A stretch of DNA of 64,000 nt. Origin: Octopus sinensis (lineage: Eukaryota). Below are positions 34,621 through 46,737 of the stretch, one piece after another (within the stretch, counting starts at the first letter, position 1; each line of letters opens with the position of its first letter). The stretch is taken from the NCBI RefSeq assembly GCF_006345805.1, contig NW_021836293.1, positions 124,001 to 188,000 on the forward strand, read 5' to 3'. A program made the translations under genes and the position numbers. The notes under the pieces are model-generated. The model was not told the DNA's origin. It worked only from the letters and a program-made list of their open reading frames with translations, and ran no database searches.

Positions 34621-36313
34621 TTCCTTGTAAACTCACACAATGATTGATGTGGTATGGTTGTTCTTTTAAATCCCCTTCACATTGAAGTTTTTGGTGGTCT
34701 CATTCATGCAAGGCACCAAGGTGGTGTTTGCATTTGACTCAAACAGTGTTCTCTCACTTCTCTTTTTAGCACTTGACACTGCATTACTGCATATATATCA
34801 TATAATTATGCATGTGTATGTATGTATATATAAATAAAGAGAGAGAGAGAGAGAGATACATATGTATGTAAGTATATATATATATATATATGTATATATA
34901 CACACACATTTAATATTACATATGCATGTGTGTATGTGTGTGTGTATGTGCGTGTGTGTGTATAGATGTTTAGTCTTGCCAAACTACACAGACCTTATCC
35001 ACCTATATGCCAAACAAACTTTCAGTTTTTACCCCTTCTACTACCAACCACACAACACTATTCTTTCCACTTTTGCATTACTCTTTCATTGCTACTCTGT
35101 CTGCTTTCGCCACCACCTCTGTATTCTCTGCCAAACATTATCTTTCCACTGTATTTAGCACTAAATTACTTTCGGCACTTAAACTACATCCCACTCTCCA
35201 CAGCTAACACTCTTATACACACAAGTAAACACACACACACACACATACATATTTTCTCTTTCTTTCTTCCTTTCTTTCTTTCTTCCTTTCTTTCTTTCTT
35301 TCTTTCTTTCTCTCTCTCTCTCTCTTTCTCTCTTTCTCTCTTTTTCTCTCAAACCTTTGCTGTCTTTCTCCTTTTCATCTTTTAGCCTGTATGTGTATGC
35401 ATGTGTGTGTATGCGTATGTGTGTGTGACCCTGGGGAGGTATATACAGAGACACAGGCAAACAGACAGAGAGGGTGAAAGAGAGCTATATTTCGTTTTAC
35501 AAATGGGAGTAAGAGAACTCAATACATCCACAGAGTTTATGTAATTTTTAGTGAGATAAGTGTTTCACATGAAATTCAAAGCCTTTGAGTCACCCTTGTA
35601 GTAGTCTCAACTAATAAAGTCAGTGTGTATGTGTACACTTGCTTGTGTATGTGTACATGTGTGTGTTATGGTATATGAGTGTGTATTTGGTCAAAAGAGT
35701 AAGGTCATTTCCTATAATCTTTGTAAACCCTCTCAGGCAGGTAAGATTGACATGGTTGATGCTCTTAATTCACTTGATGTCAGTTGGAAAGTTGTAGGTT
35801 AGATGAAGATTCCAGAGAGCAACATTTCTGGGAGAATAACTAGGTGATTTGCTTACTGCATAATCTGGTCAAAAAAAAAAAAAAAATTAAAGATGATAGA
35901 GTGGCTGAGAGGCAGGTTCGTCAGATAGACATGAGATGTAGTTTATTGAGGCTGCTCATTCAGAGGCATGATTACCATTGTAGTAATGTTAGAAAAAGCA
36001 AAGAGGAGGAACAACACATTTGGGTCCTAATGAGTTCTTGGAAGTGTATTAAGAAATGAGTTTCAGATGATCAATAAGATGATTCTAGAACTGAAAAGTC
36101 GGTGGGGGGATTGGGGCATATATCATGACAGAATATCTTATCCAAGAATATAGAGACTGTTGTAGCACATTCAGATAATTTGGCTTGAACTAATATGTAT
36201 GATATAGTGTATGCAACATAGAGTATAGAAAATCTTTGATCAGCGAAGTATATTCAGGTAATTAATAAGAGAAGAGTTACCTTGAATAATATCAGTTAAT
36301 TGTCATTTTCAAG

Positions 36314-36356
36314 ACTCTATCATATTTGCATTTAGTATGCAGAATGCTTGCCAAAG
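36314..36356 (+). CDS. Candidate 43-nt exon (SIIFAFSMQNACQ or TLSYLHLVCRMLAK)
   Basis: Acceptor ttgtcattttcaag, donor AAG|gtattt; two frames are open. Confidence 0.3.
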
Positions 36357-38019
36357 GTATTTTCCCCCTTATCCATAGTATTAGCTAGAACTACCCAATG
36401 TAATTCTGTATTTCCAACTACTGTATGCAGCTGTTCTTCTACAAATAGCAGCCAAATTATCCTCTGGTCTTTAATATGGTCTGATTGGATAATGTGACAG
36501 GGGTACAATAAATCTTAGCTCAGCTCCAGATGACAAAGGATTTCAAAATTGTCCTGACACGGAGATAAAAAAATATCAAAATCTTTTCAGTAACTACAAA
36601 ACAAATGTCAGACATCGTAATCTCAGTTATTGTATCATATAAGATTGTAAAAACTGCTTTATGAAAGCTAAGTTCCTCTATGGAAGTTAGTAAAAATTTC
36701 AGCTCTGATGACTTGTTATCCATCTACCAGAATTAATGAAATTATTAACGTATATGATTAAATTCCTAGTGGTATTTAGTCACAATATTTTATTATTAAG
36801 TTTAAATTTTGCCAAGGTCAATCACTGTTCTTCTTTCCAGGATTGATAAAATAAAATCCCAGTCATGTTCTGAGATTGAATTATATTCATCCTAGATGTA
36901 AAAATGTAAGTGGAATTATATTAGAATAATGAAGTTGAAGTAGGGCCAATACTGGAATACTGTTTATATCAATAAGGTAATGCTGATGTAACACACACTA
37001 ACATTCTGAATTGCATATAAAACAAGGCTATTTAATTGATTTGTATTGATTCAGTCACCATTGGGAACTGATCTATCTCAAATATTAATAAAATAAAAAC
37101 CTCACAATGACTTAGGGAGCTCTTGGAATTTCATGCAGGCCAATTACCAAATCAAATATTAAACAACTACAATTAGAGAAGGCTTGAACAGAACCAACAT
37201 AGTTTATTTACTGGAAATGAGTTTCAAACAAACACGAAGCTGCAAAGATATTCAAATTGTTCATAATAGTTCTAACTCAATTCTAAATTACCAATTGGTA
37301 CATAATATTCCATCTAAAAGTTTTATCTGATCTCCCAACATATATGGTCTTGGCTTTAAGTGAATGAGACACATTGAGTAAACATATCCAAAAGCTTGAC
37401 ATGAAATAGAACTAGATCAAGTGAGGCCAGAAGGGAAAAGTGATATTGCACAGTTGCATTTTTGTGAGTCTGGGATTTCATTGCTATCAAATGACTCCCT
37501 AAAGCAATGTGAAAATTATGTGTGTGTGTGTGAGCATGTATGTATGTTTGTATGTATGTATGTATGTAAATATATGGGTATGTAGGTAGTTAGGTAGGTT
37601 GGGAGGAAGTGAAGGAAATAGAGAGAGAGAGTGAAGAAGGTAGACTGATATGTTGGTATATATGTACATAATGTATGTATATAAATAGATGTGGCTTCAT
37701 GGATTAAATATATCATCATTATCATTTTACTTCTACTTTCCATACTGGAAAGGATCAGTTTTGGCGTAATTTCTATTACTGGATTCCCTTCCTAACATCA
37801 AGTGGTAGCATTACTGAGTGCATTGCAGAGTGTTCTTTTCATGACACCACCACTATAGAGGTCACCTAACAACTCACATGAATAAAGAGCCCCACCCCGC
37901 CACTACTGAAAGAGAGAAAGATAGTAGAGGAGGGGGGGGAGATGACTTTAAGCTAGGTATTGAAAGAAGTTAAAGTATGATGGGATTGGGTAGAGATGAG
38001 AATATAGCTGCTACAATAT

Positions 38020-38320
38020 GAATAGGGTGGACAAAGTTCAGAGAGAGCTCCTACATCTGTAGGTAACAAAGGGCTTATATCTTAGAGTGAAATACAGATT
38101 GTATGATGCCTGTGTGCAAATAGCCATGTTACATGGCAGTGAAACATGGGCTGTGACCACCGAAAACATGCATAGGCTTGAAAGAAATGAAGCTAGTATA
38201 CTTTGCTGGATGTGTAATGTCTGTGCATGCCCAATGGAGTCTAAACGTCTTGAGAGAAAAGTTGGGCATTAGAAGCATCAGATGCAGTACACAAGAGATA
38301 CTACTGTACTTGTATGATCA
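38020..38320 (+). mobile_element. RTE LINE fragment
   Basis: RLYDACVQIAMLHGSETWAVT-ENMHRLERNEAS-L-WMCNV. Confidence 0.88.
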
Positions 38321-38339
38321 AAACAATTGCATTACTTAG

Positions 38340-38550
38340 AGTAGGGCTATTCACTCTAACAACTTTTCCTACTCACCCATCTTTTCTCAAATTCACTGGG
38401 AGGTAGCACTTCCCTCTCCACCCTCACTTACCTTTCCAAGTGAAACTTAAAAAGTCAATGAGGGCTTCACCAAAGAGGAAGGTATCTTTCTTCAATACTT
38501 TCAACCTTGTCCACCACACAACCTCTTCAGCCCTATCCACTAGAGGAACA
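38340..38550 (-). mobile_element. Tx1/L1-like LINE 3' end remnant
   Basis: EEVVWWTRLKVLKKDTFLFGEALIDFL...VRVEREVL..EFEKRW. Confidence 0.6.
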
Positions 38551-38669
38551 CACCTACTCTACCATGGTAAAAGTGGTGGTAGTGGTGGTGATGGTAGTAG
38601 TAGTAGTAGTAGTAGTAGTAGAAGTAGTATAAGCAGCAGCAGCAGCAGTGAAGATTTGGTCCTAGTTGT

Positions 38670-40760
38670 TGGTCCTAGAATGGTCACAAACTGGTAAAAA
38701 TAAAGATATGTTTGAATTGACAGAAAATAAGTAAATGAACCAAGTACACATGATCCACAGAAAAGGTTGGCTAATGACACTTTTTTCTTTGGATCATGTC
38801 TGCTTAGTTCATTTGAAATTGATAGCATACGGAAAAGAATCAATGGAGAGATGAGAGGTACCAAAGAAAGAGTGAATGTAGACATCTTCAAGTTGAAATG
38901 TTAAATGAAAACAGCATGAACTCTCAATGGAAAGAAATGAAATTGACATGGAAGTAGAAAACAGGAACAATATAAACAAGGATAAGGGATTGACAATATA
39001 CAATGCATTTGAAGGGAACACATGCAAACAAAGTCATGAAAACATTTGTAAAATCTGAAAATTAGGAAATGGGAAGTGAAATAATTCAGAAAGCATAAAG
39101 CTATTAAAAGTATTAACAGAAGAAAACTACCAATTAAAATACAAAAAATTGATGTGACACTAGACCATGTTACAGTTACAAGCATTATTGACATAATAAT
39201 TCAATTTGTGCAGCTTTGCAGAGAAGAAAGTAAAAAAAGATCCTTGGTGGAAAAGACAGATGGAAAGAGATATAAAGATACTTGGAAAAGACAGATGGAA
39301 AGAGATATAAAGATACTTGGAAAAGACCTCAGCAACATTGAAAGCTAGAACAGGGGTACTTATGAAAAGAACACAACCAATCTTACCTTAAACAGAAGTA
39401 TCCCTTGCATGAGAAGGAATTTAAGTACAAAATCAAATGAAATAAAGAATTACACACAGAGCAGAGAGCTACTCATATTGAGCATAACAGACATTTTTCA
39501 ATCATAGAACACAGATTTCAATATCATTCATAGAGATATAATTGAAACATCAATATCAAATGCTGTGAAAGCAATAGAATTTTGGCTAAGAATTCCAGTT
39601 TGTCCAATTAAATATGATGGAAATGCAGATGGATCAAAACAGCTGAAATGGAACTAAGCAGTAGAGAAACCAGAACTAATTTCTATAACAAGGATGACAT
39701 CCAGCAGCAGGCAAAAATATTGTAAAATTAGAAAGTCCCAGAACCAGGTGAGCTCCGAGGTTCCTGAATAAAACATCTGAAAACCCTTACACAGTCAAAT
39801 CAAGAATCCTTTGGATAAATGTGTAAACTAACAAACTGTAACAGAGAGGATGGTTGAGAGAACAACTTTAATAATGAAAGATCCACAAAAGAATAAGCTA
39901 TAAAAAAGTATCAACCAAACACACATTTTTTCTCTGAGAAAACATGATCAAATGATGCAGAACAAATTCTACCTATTAAACAGGAAGGCAGAAAATATTT
40001 CAGACGTGTTAAAGACCATCTAATGATTGACAAAATGGTAATGAAAGCTTGCAAGTGACAACAGATTAATTTGTGCATGACATGGGTCAAATTCAAGGAA
40101 GTTTAAAGATGGAGTCATATTCTTGGGGTTTTGGAGTCATTTAATATGTTTAGTATAGCTGGAAACTTCATCAACATCTTCAGTGATAGCGTGATGAGCT
40201 GGGAAACAAATGATAGTGTTTGTCTCAATTTACACTGATCACTGCAAAAAGTATGGATATATCAAATAAGTGGTACAGTCATGTATCAGAAAAGCTTCTA
40301 AATGAATGTGATAAACCAAAAATTCTATGAGATTTTGATATCCTGGTTGATAGATAAGTTGAACACCATAGCAGGGATGTCTTAGCATCTATACAGAGCC
40401 CTGGGGCATATCAATGCACTGAGTCCTATAGTGTTTATTTATTGACAGCAAACCACAGAATACATATGTTAGAATTGGGTCCCAACACTTGTGTGGCCCC
40501 ATCTTAAGATATAGGCCCAGTGTGCTTATACCTTATGACAGCACTGCATCATAGAGGAAGAAACATTATACATTACGCAAATAAAAAGAGAATATCTCTT
40601 AATAGACTTTGCATCTTCTTCAGACAAAGACATTCCAGACAAGGAAGAAGAAAACGTCTCAAAATATGTTGATTTAAAAACAGAAAATTGTGAGAATGTC
40701 CAACTACAAAAATTAAAGTAGTACCAGTTATTATCAAAGCATTAAGTTTTAGTCTCCAAA
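38670..40760 (+). mobile_element. Decayed R4/Dong-like LINE (RT to RLE)
   Basis: PIKQEG-RK...KDHLMIDKMVMK-CK...NLCMTWVKFK corresponds to R4 RT domains 2-3; RLE-like remnant near 40.6 kb. Confidence 0.7.
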
Positions 40761-41844
40761 AAAAAAAAAAAGATCATACCACTTGGGATGGTTGAACATT
40801 GTGTTAGATATGTGTAAGCTCCAAAAATATTCCTTTCTTTTATTATGATTTACAATCAACAAGAAAGAGAGGAAAACCATAAAATCCAATGTTTATATCC
40901 CAATATTCAATTAAATATAATGATGATGATGACTACAATGATAACAATAACAGCAATAATAAGGCCTGAGATTTGGTGGGGAGTGGGACAATAGTCAATT
41001 ATATTGCCACAAGTGCTTGCACAAGGTCTGAATTTGTGGGGATAAGGGCTAGTTGATTACACCGACCCCAGTGCTCAACTGGCACTTATTTTATTGACCC
41101 CAAAAGCATGAAAGGCAAAGTCAACCAAAGTGTTTCTTATTTAGGAACAAGACCAGAAAATTTACAGATAGTTAGTCATTATAATCAAGCCCAGTTTTTT
41201 ATTGGCACTTTATTTTATCAACCCGAAGGGATGAAGGGTAAAAATACCTTTAGTTGAATTTGAACTCAGAATGTTAACAACTAAAAAAAAATACCACAAG
41301 GAATGTTTTCTTTTACTCTAACAATTCTTCTGGCTCACCACTCACCCTTTTAAATGCTGGTTTTTACCGGCTGGTTGGTATATATTTGAAGGATAGGCAA
41401 CAAATATCACCAAGTCTCTGAAACACTAAGTTATCTTACTAGTAATCACAAAGACTTCCATGATTGCTGACAATATTACTTCTTCCTCGACATCTTATGT
41501 CTTGTGCTATATTATTCTATATATTGTGATGGGACATCCATTTAACATGTCTCAACCATCTAAAGTCAGTGCTACAATGCATGAATATGAGATAAAACTT
41601 TTAGATAGAATATTACAGGCTACTTTATAATATAAAATTGGTTTGGCACTAACACTACGAATATTGGTACCACTGCATCCTTGAAAACATCATCTTCAAA
41701 TTCTTTTGAAGCACATCTTTGAAACATCAAATAAGTTGTGTTGGTTTTCTCAAAGCCTTCCTTAAATTGTAGTTGTACTTCATAGAGCAAGAAGGTATTG
41801 CAAGTGACAGGTGTCTAACATCTTATCCAAAAGGGTATTTAAAG

Positions 41845-42404
41845 CAGTGATTCTTAACCTAGGCAGTAGTGCTTCCTTGAAGACATTGTAAGCTCACAAG
41901 AAGACAGTAAATGTCAAGAGAGTATTATGGAAGCACTTGGGTGTTTTGAGAGGTCATTTGTTTTTAGTAATAAAATATTTAAACAAAGTACAATGCTTAT
42001 GTCTTAAAAATACATTTTCAAGTAAAATCTTTATCAGGATAAAAATATGAGTTTGACATTGTGTAATCAACGAACAGAAATATAACTGATGTCTTAAGAC
42101 CTAATATAATTTCATTGTATAAATCACTGGCTCCTCTAGTAATTTCCATAAAAATATAACATAAAGCTTATCCACTGAAATCTCAAAAAAGTAGTTGGTG
42201 CTGGATGGAAAGTATAAGAAAATATGATTAAAAATCCACTATACAAAATTTGTTTCTGTTTGATTTTTTAATTTTGTTTATTTTTTTTTATCTATTTATT
42301 TCATTATTTATTTATGTATTGCAATACGTGCAAAGGGAGCATTAGTAAAGCATCATTTCATGAAAGGGGTTCTAAGCTATAAAAGGTCGAGAACTGAACC
42401 ATTA
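41845..42404. mobile_element. hAT-type MITE with 8-bp TSD
   Basis: Starts CAGTGATTCTTAACCT, ends AGGTCGAGAAC..AACCATTA; ATTTAAAG duplicated at 41837-41844 and 42405-42412. Confidence 0.6.
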
Positions 42405-42914
42405 ATTTAAAGACTAATAATGATAAGTGTCACAGACAAAAGATTATAATTGTAAGAAGCCATTAGCGTGACACAGCTCATCCTTCAGATAAAATGATAT
42501 TTCCTTTATACAACAAATTCACAGGGGAAAGGCATGAACATCATACTTCACATTTTCCCTCCCAACACTTTTAAATGTAAAATATAAATCATTTCAGCCT
42601 TGTTAAAAATAAGCAATGTTTGAAAAGTAATAGATCATTTAACAATACAAGTGTAGAGAAATGATTGTTAAATATTTTGCCAAAAAATCAATGGCTCATA
42701 AGTCAATATCAGCCCAATTAACTATTAAGACTGAATGTATGTATGCATGTATGTCTGTATATTTGTATGTATGAATGAATGTACATATATATATATGAAT
42801 GTCTGCATGTCTGTCTATCTTTATATATGCCTGTATCTATGTGCGAATGTAAGCCTATATATATGTGTGTGTGTATGTGTTATGTAATATATATTTATAA
42901 ATACATACATATAG

Positions 42915-42975
<61 letters not shown>

Positions 42976-43204
42976 TAAACAAATGTATATTGCCTTTCTT
43001 GTATGATGAAACTTCAGTGACTGTGATTAAATGTAGTGGGGTACTGTATCTAAGTAAATACATAAATATTCATCAGACTAATCAACACAATAGGAAGCTA
43101 TATATTGACTTCAATTTAGAAATCATGGCAGGTGATTTACAATATATGTTAAATAACTTTCATGTGTCTATATTCTTGATCTATGTATTTAATATATTTG
43201 ACAG

Positions 43205-43226
43205 GGGCTATGTGGTGAGGCACTGG
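43205..43226 (+). CDS. Candidate 22-nt exon (GYVVRHW or GLCGEAL)
   Basis: Acceptor tttaatatatttgacag, donor TGG|gtatga. Confidence 0.35.
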
Positions 43227-44058
43227 GTATGATAATGTTTAAATTATACTGTGTAAATTGAAGCTGAGTATAGCTATTAAAAGTAACACAAAATACATAC
43301 ATGGAGATAAACTTTCTCCCCTACTCCCTCTTTTCACTCTCTTTCATATAAGTATGATTTGATGTGTGTGTTGTGTATGTATACCTGTAAAGTTTGTGTG
43401 CATGATGGTGTGTATGTACACATGTATATATTACAATATATGGTACATGTACATAAGATGCAAATATAAAGTGAGATGTAGATATTTATACCCTATATGT
43501 ATACATACATTAGTAGATGTGTTTGTGTGTATGAATGTGTGTATGTGTGTGTAATATAGATGATAGATAGATAGATTGATAGATAAATAGATAGACATAT
43601 ATATACATGTGTATGCATGTTCACTTCTATTTTTAATTGTTTAAAATATTCCTATAAGGGAGGAATTGGGTTCTCACAAAGATACTAAGCTTAATCATTG
43701 GAATGTAATAAAAAAAAAACACAAATTCACATTCTAGACTTGAGAAAAGTCTTGCATACTCTTACTATTCCACTTACAGGTGCTCATTTGCTGGTTGATA
43801 TCTTTTTCTGAAAATTCTAGCTTTGTCACTTAGACATTTATTCACATAACCAAATATACCAGTTATTTTTAATTCATTATCAAAATATTTATAATCAGGA
43901 TATAGAATTTATAATCAAGATATAGAAACAGTATGTTTGCAATTATAATAAAATCTGACTGAAGACTCCTTTTTCCAAACATTGTAATACTAAAGACAAT
44001 TCAATGTGTATTATAAATTGGATTTTTTTTTCTGAAATTTCAATGCCCATAATTGCAG

Positions 44059-44200
44059 GTGTGCATTATACATGAGTTCATATCATATATGAATAAACAT
44101 GGGAACGCCCTTGTGGAATTGATGAGTGAAATTTCTTGGCATCCAATTGCAAAATTTGATTTGTTCTATGAGAATAAAAAGCTATTTGCAATACATCCTA
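44059..44200 (+). CDS. Candidate exon (VCIIHEFISYMNKHGNALVELMSEISWHPIAKFD...), 3' end uncertain
   Basis: Acceptor cccataattgcag with upstream T-run and about 60 open codons. The distal part runs into a family-3 repeat, and minus-strand frames are also open. Confidence 0.3.
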
Positions 44201-45371
44201 TACATGGGGATGATTTGTTTCTGAGTCATCTCTACAGACTGTGAGCACTCAAACTAGCAGAAATAACAGCAAAATCACCTTCAAATCACATTCTATTTTG
44301 AGAGTGATCTTGAGTTGCTTGCATATTGTGGAAAGAAGGTATAGTTACAGCTGGAATGCCTTTACTCATAGATGTGTTCAATTAGAGCTGACTTTGGGTT
44401 AAACATTAACTGCAACATTGATACTGTTAACTATGTAAATTAAAGAATATAGAATGATGGGAGGGAATGGCAAGCTGCAATATTTGTGCCTTTCCACCTA
44501 ACATTAGAAACATGTGGAGCGAAATAATTTGCTTATTCATTTATTTCATGTAAACATTACAATATACATAGCATTATCAGCTCTGTACTCCCCCCCCCCA
44601 CACACATGCATACAAATATACACAAAGACACTATATATACACTGATGTACAAATATATATTCACACTTTGATCACATATTCACACACACAGTATATGCAC
44701 ATACATGTGCACTTACATACACAATACATGCATATACACAAACTATCCACACATACATGTACAGATATACTCAGACATACAATATATACCTTTAACTATC
44801 TATACACATACACATTCGCTGAAATACTTATGAACTATGCATACATATAAGTATACACTTGCTATGCACACATACTCACACATTAGTTGCCCACACATAT
44901 ACATATACACATCTTCATCATTGAAAAGACATACAAACCATACATAAATACATACTAATCACACATACATATACATTATCTACTCACTTAAGCATACACA
45001 TGCACAAATATGCAGATATATGTACTCAGAAACACAAACACACACACATACACACAAACACACAAACCTAGCAATACATGTATTTACACAGTTTAGAGTT
45101 TAAATTTAACTGTACAATACTTTAAAGACTTTACCATTCCATTGCAATTTGCCTAAAGCAAAGTAAATTTATTTCCCCTGTGGAAATGTCAGTGCTAAGG
45201 AACATGTTTCAAATATTTCAGATTTCTTATTAAGGTATCTTGTAATTAACAATCAAAAGCAACAATACATTTTCATGTCTTTCAAACTATATTTTAAGCA
45301 CAACATATATCCTATTAGTCAATCAGAAGTGGATGGTGAGGGAGGAGCAATGCTCATGATGTCTTTTGCAG

Positions 45372-45437
45372 ATACTCTTAGACAATGTATTAAATGAATC
45401 TCAAAACATTGATAATGAAGATGAAAAGATTAATTAA
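45372..45437 (+). CDS. Candidate terminal exon (ILLDNVLNESQNIDNEDEKIN*)
   Basis: Acceptor gtcttttgcag, acidic low-complexity tail then TAA. Confidence 0.2.
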   Translation: MLLDNVLNESQNIDNEDEKIN

Positions 45438-45829
45438 AATATCTCTCTCTCACCCTCCATATACATGTATACTTGCATTCACCTACACTAACACACACAA
45501 ACAAATGGTATATAGCATATGCATGTATATCTTTGTGTATATGTATCTACATATGTACAAACACACACACACATACGTAAATAATGTAGAAGTATCTTAT
45601 ATCTGAGATGTAAAAACATTGAAGCTGATATTCAGTTTAAACATGTGTAGCTTGACATCTGCAGAGGAAAAAAAAAAGACATGTGTAAGAAGGGGAATTC
45701 CAGAACGTGACAACTTTGCAAGGGAAACCAAGGTGGGGAGTGAAATAAAACCAAGAATGATGCAAGGAGAGACCTGTATGCTTAGGTGTATTAGATGGGG
45801 GTGGTGTGGAGCATAACCAAAACTTGTTA

Positions 45830-46100
45830 AAACCTGGCTAAGTGGAAGTAGAAAAAATTTGTCAATGGCTCAGAAACACAGGATTCAAATGCAAGATGAA
45901 AGAAAGAATTTATTGTGGCATAAGAACAAAGCTTTTCCACCTAAAACTACAAAAATATGCCATGAAGCAGAATACATATAGTAACACCAGCATACGTGAT
46001 GGTTGTGAAGAAACACATTGTTTCTGGTTGCTCAGACTTGGTAAGAAAAAAAGAAATATATACAACCATGACAGAGCTAGCACTTTCATACCCTGGATAT
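45830..46100 (+). mobile_element. R4/Dong-like LINE fragment (post-RT to CCHC)
   Basis: QWLRNTGFK...KL-LQKYAMK...CEET-H-VSGCS-L....Y-HDR. Confidence 0.55.
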
Positions 46101-46390
46101 GATGTTAGCATTATGAAACAGCAACAACAAAGAAATGGTACAAAGGCCTCAGAGAATATTAATGTGAAATATTAATTCATAGAAATAGGAAAATTTAGGA
46201 AAATTGTTGAGGTGTATCATTAAAATCCATCAAGAAATTACTCAATCCTTTGTTGAAATATCAATTGTCAAAGGCAGTAATAAGTAATATATCTCTAAAA
46301 GAATGGAAAACTATACAAACATAATGATCTAGAAAGAGGTATTCAGAAATAAATAGAAATAATCCAAATATGAGGAACTGCTTGAGAATG

Positions 46391-46737
46391 ATGCAAGCAT
46401 GGCTGTGTGATAAGAAGCTTTCTTCCCAACCACATGGTTCTGGGTTCAGTCTCACTGCATGGCACATTGGGCAAGTGTCTACTACTATAACATCAAGCCA
46501 ACCAAAAGTTTTGTGAGTGAATTTTAGTAGATGGAAACTGAAAAAAGATCATTGATGTGTGTGTGTCTGTCTGTCTGTCTGCCTGTGTTCGTTGGTACCA
46601 CACTGCCACTTGACAACTGGTGTTGGTGTATTTACATCCCCATTATTTAGCAGTAGTTCAGAAAAAGGGACCAATAGAATAAGTACTGGGCTTTAAAAAA
46701 TGTCCTGGAGTTGATTCATTTGACTAAAATTCTTCCA
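46391..46737 (+). mobile_element. SINE family 1 copy
   Basis: Homologous to 6237-6640. Confidence 0.88.

Noticed and set aside
36519-36723. Open frames on both strands (SAPDDKGFQNCPDTEIKK... and MDNKSSELKF...)
   Set aside because: No convincing donor for either and no recognisable homology.
43778-43812. 30-nt minus microexon or plus terminal exon (GAHLLVDIFF*)
   Set aside because: The same ACTTACAG string creates a donor on one strand and an acceptor on the other; cannot be resolved from sequence.
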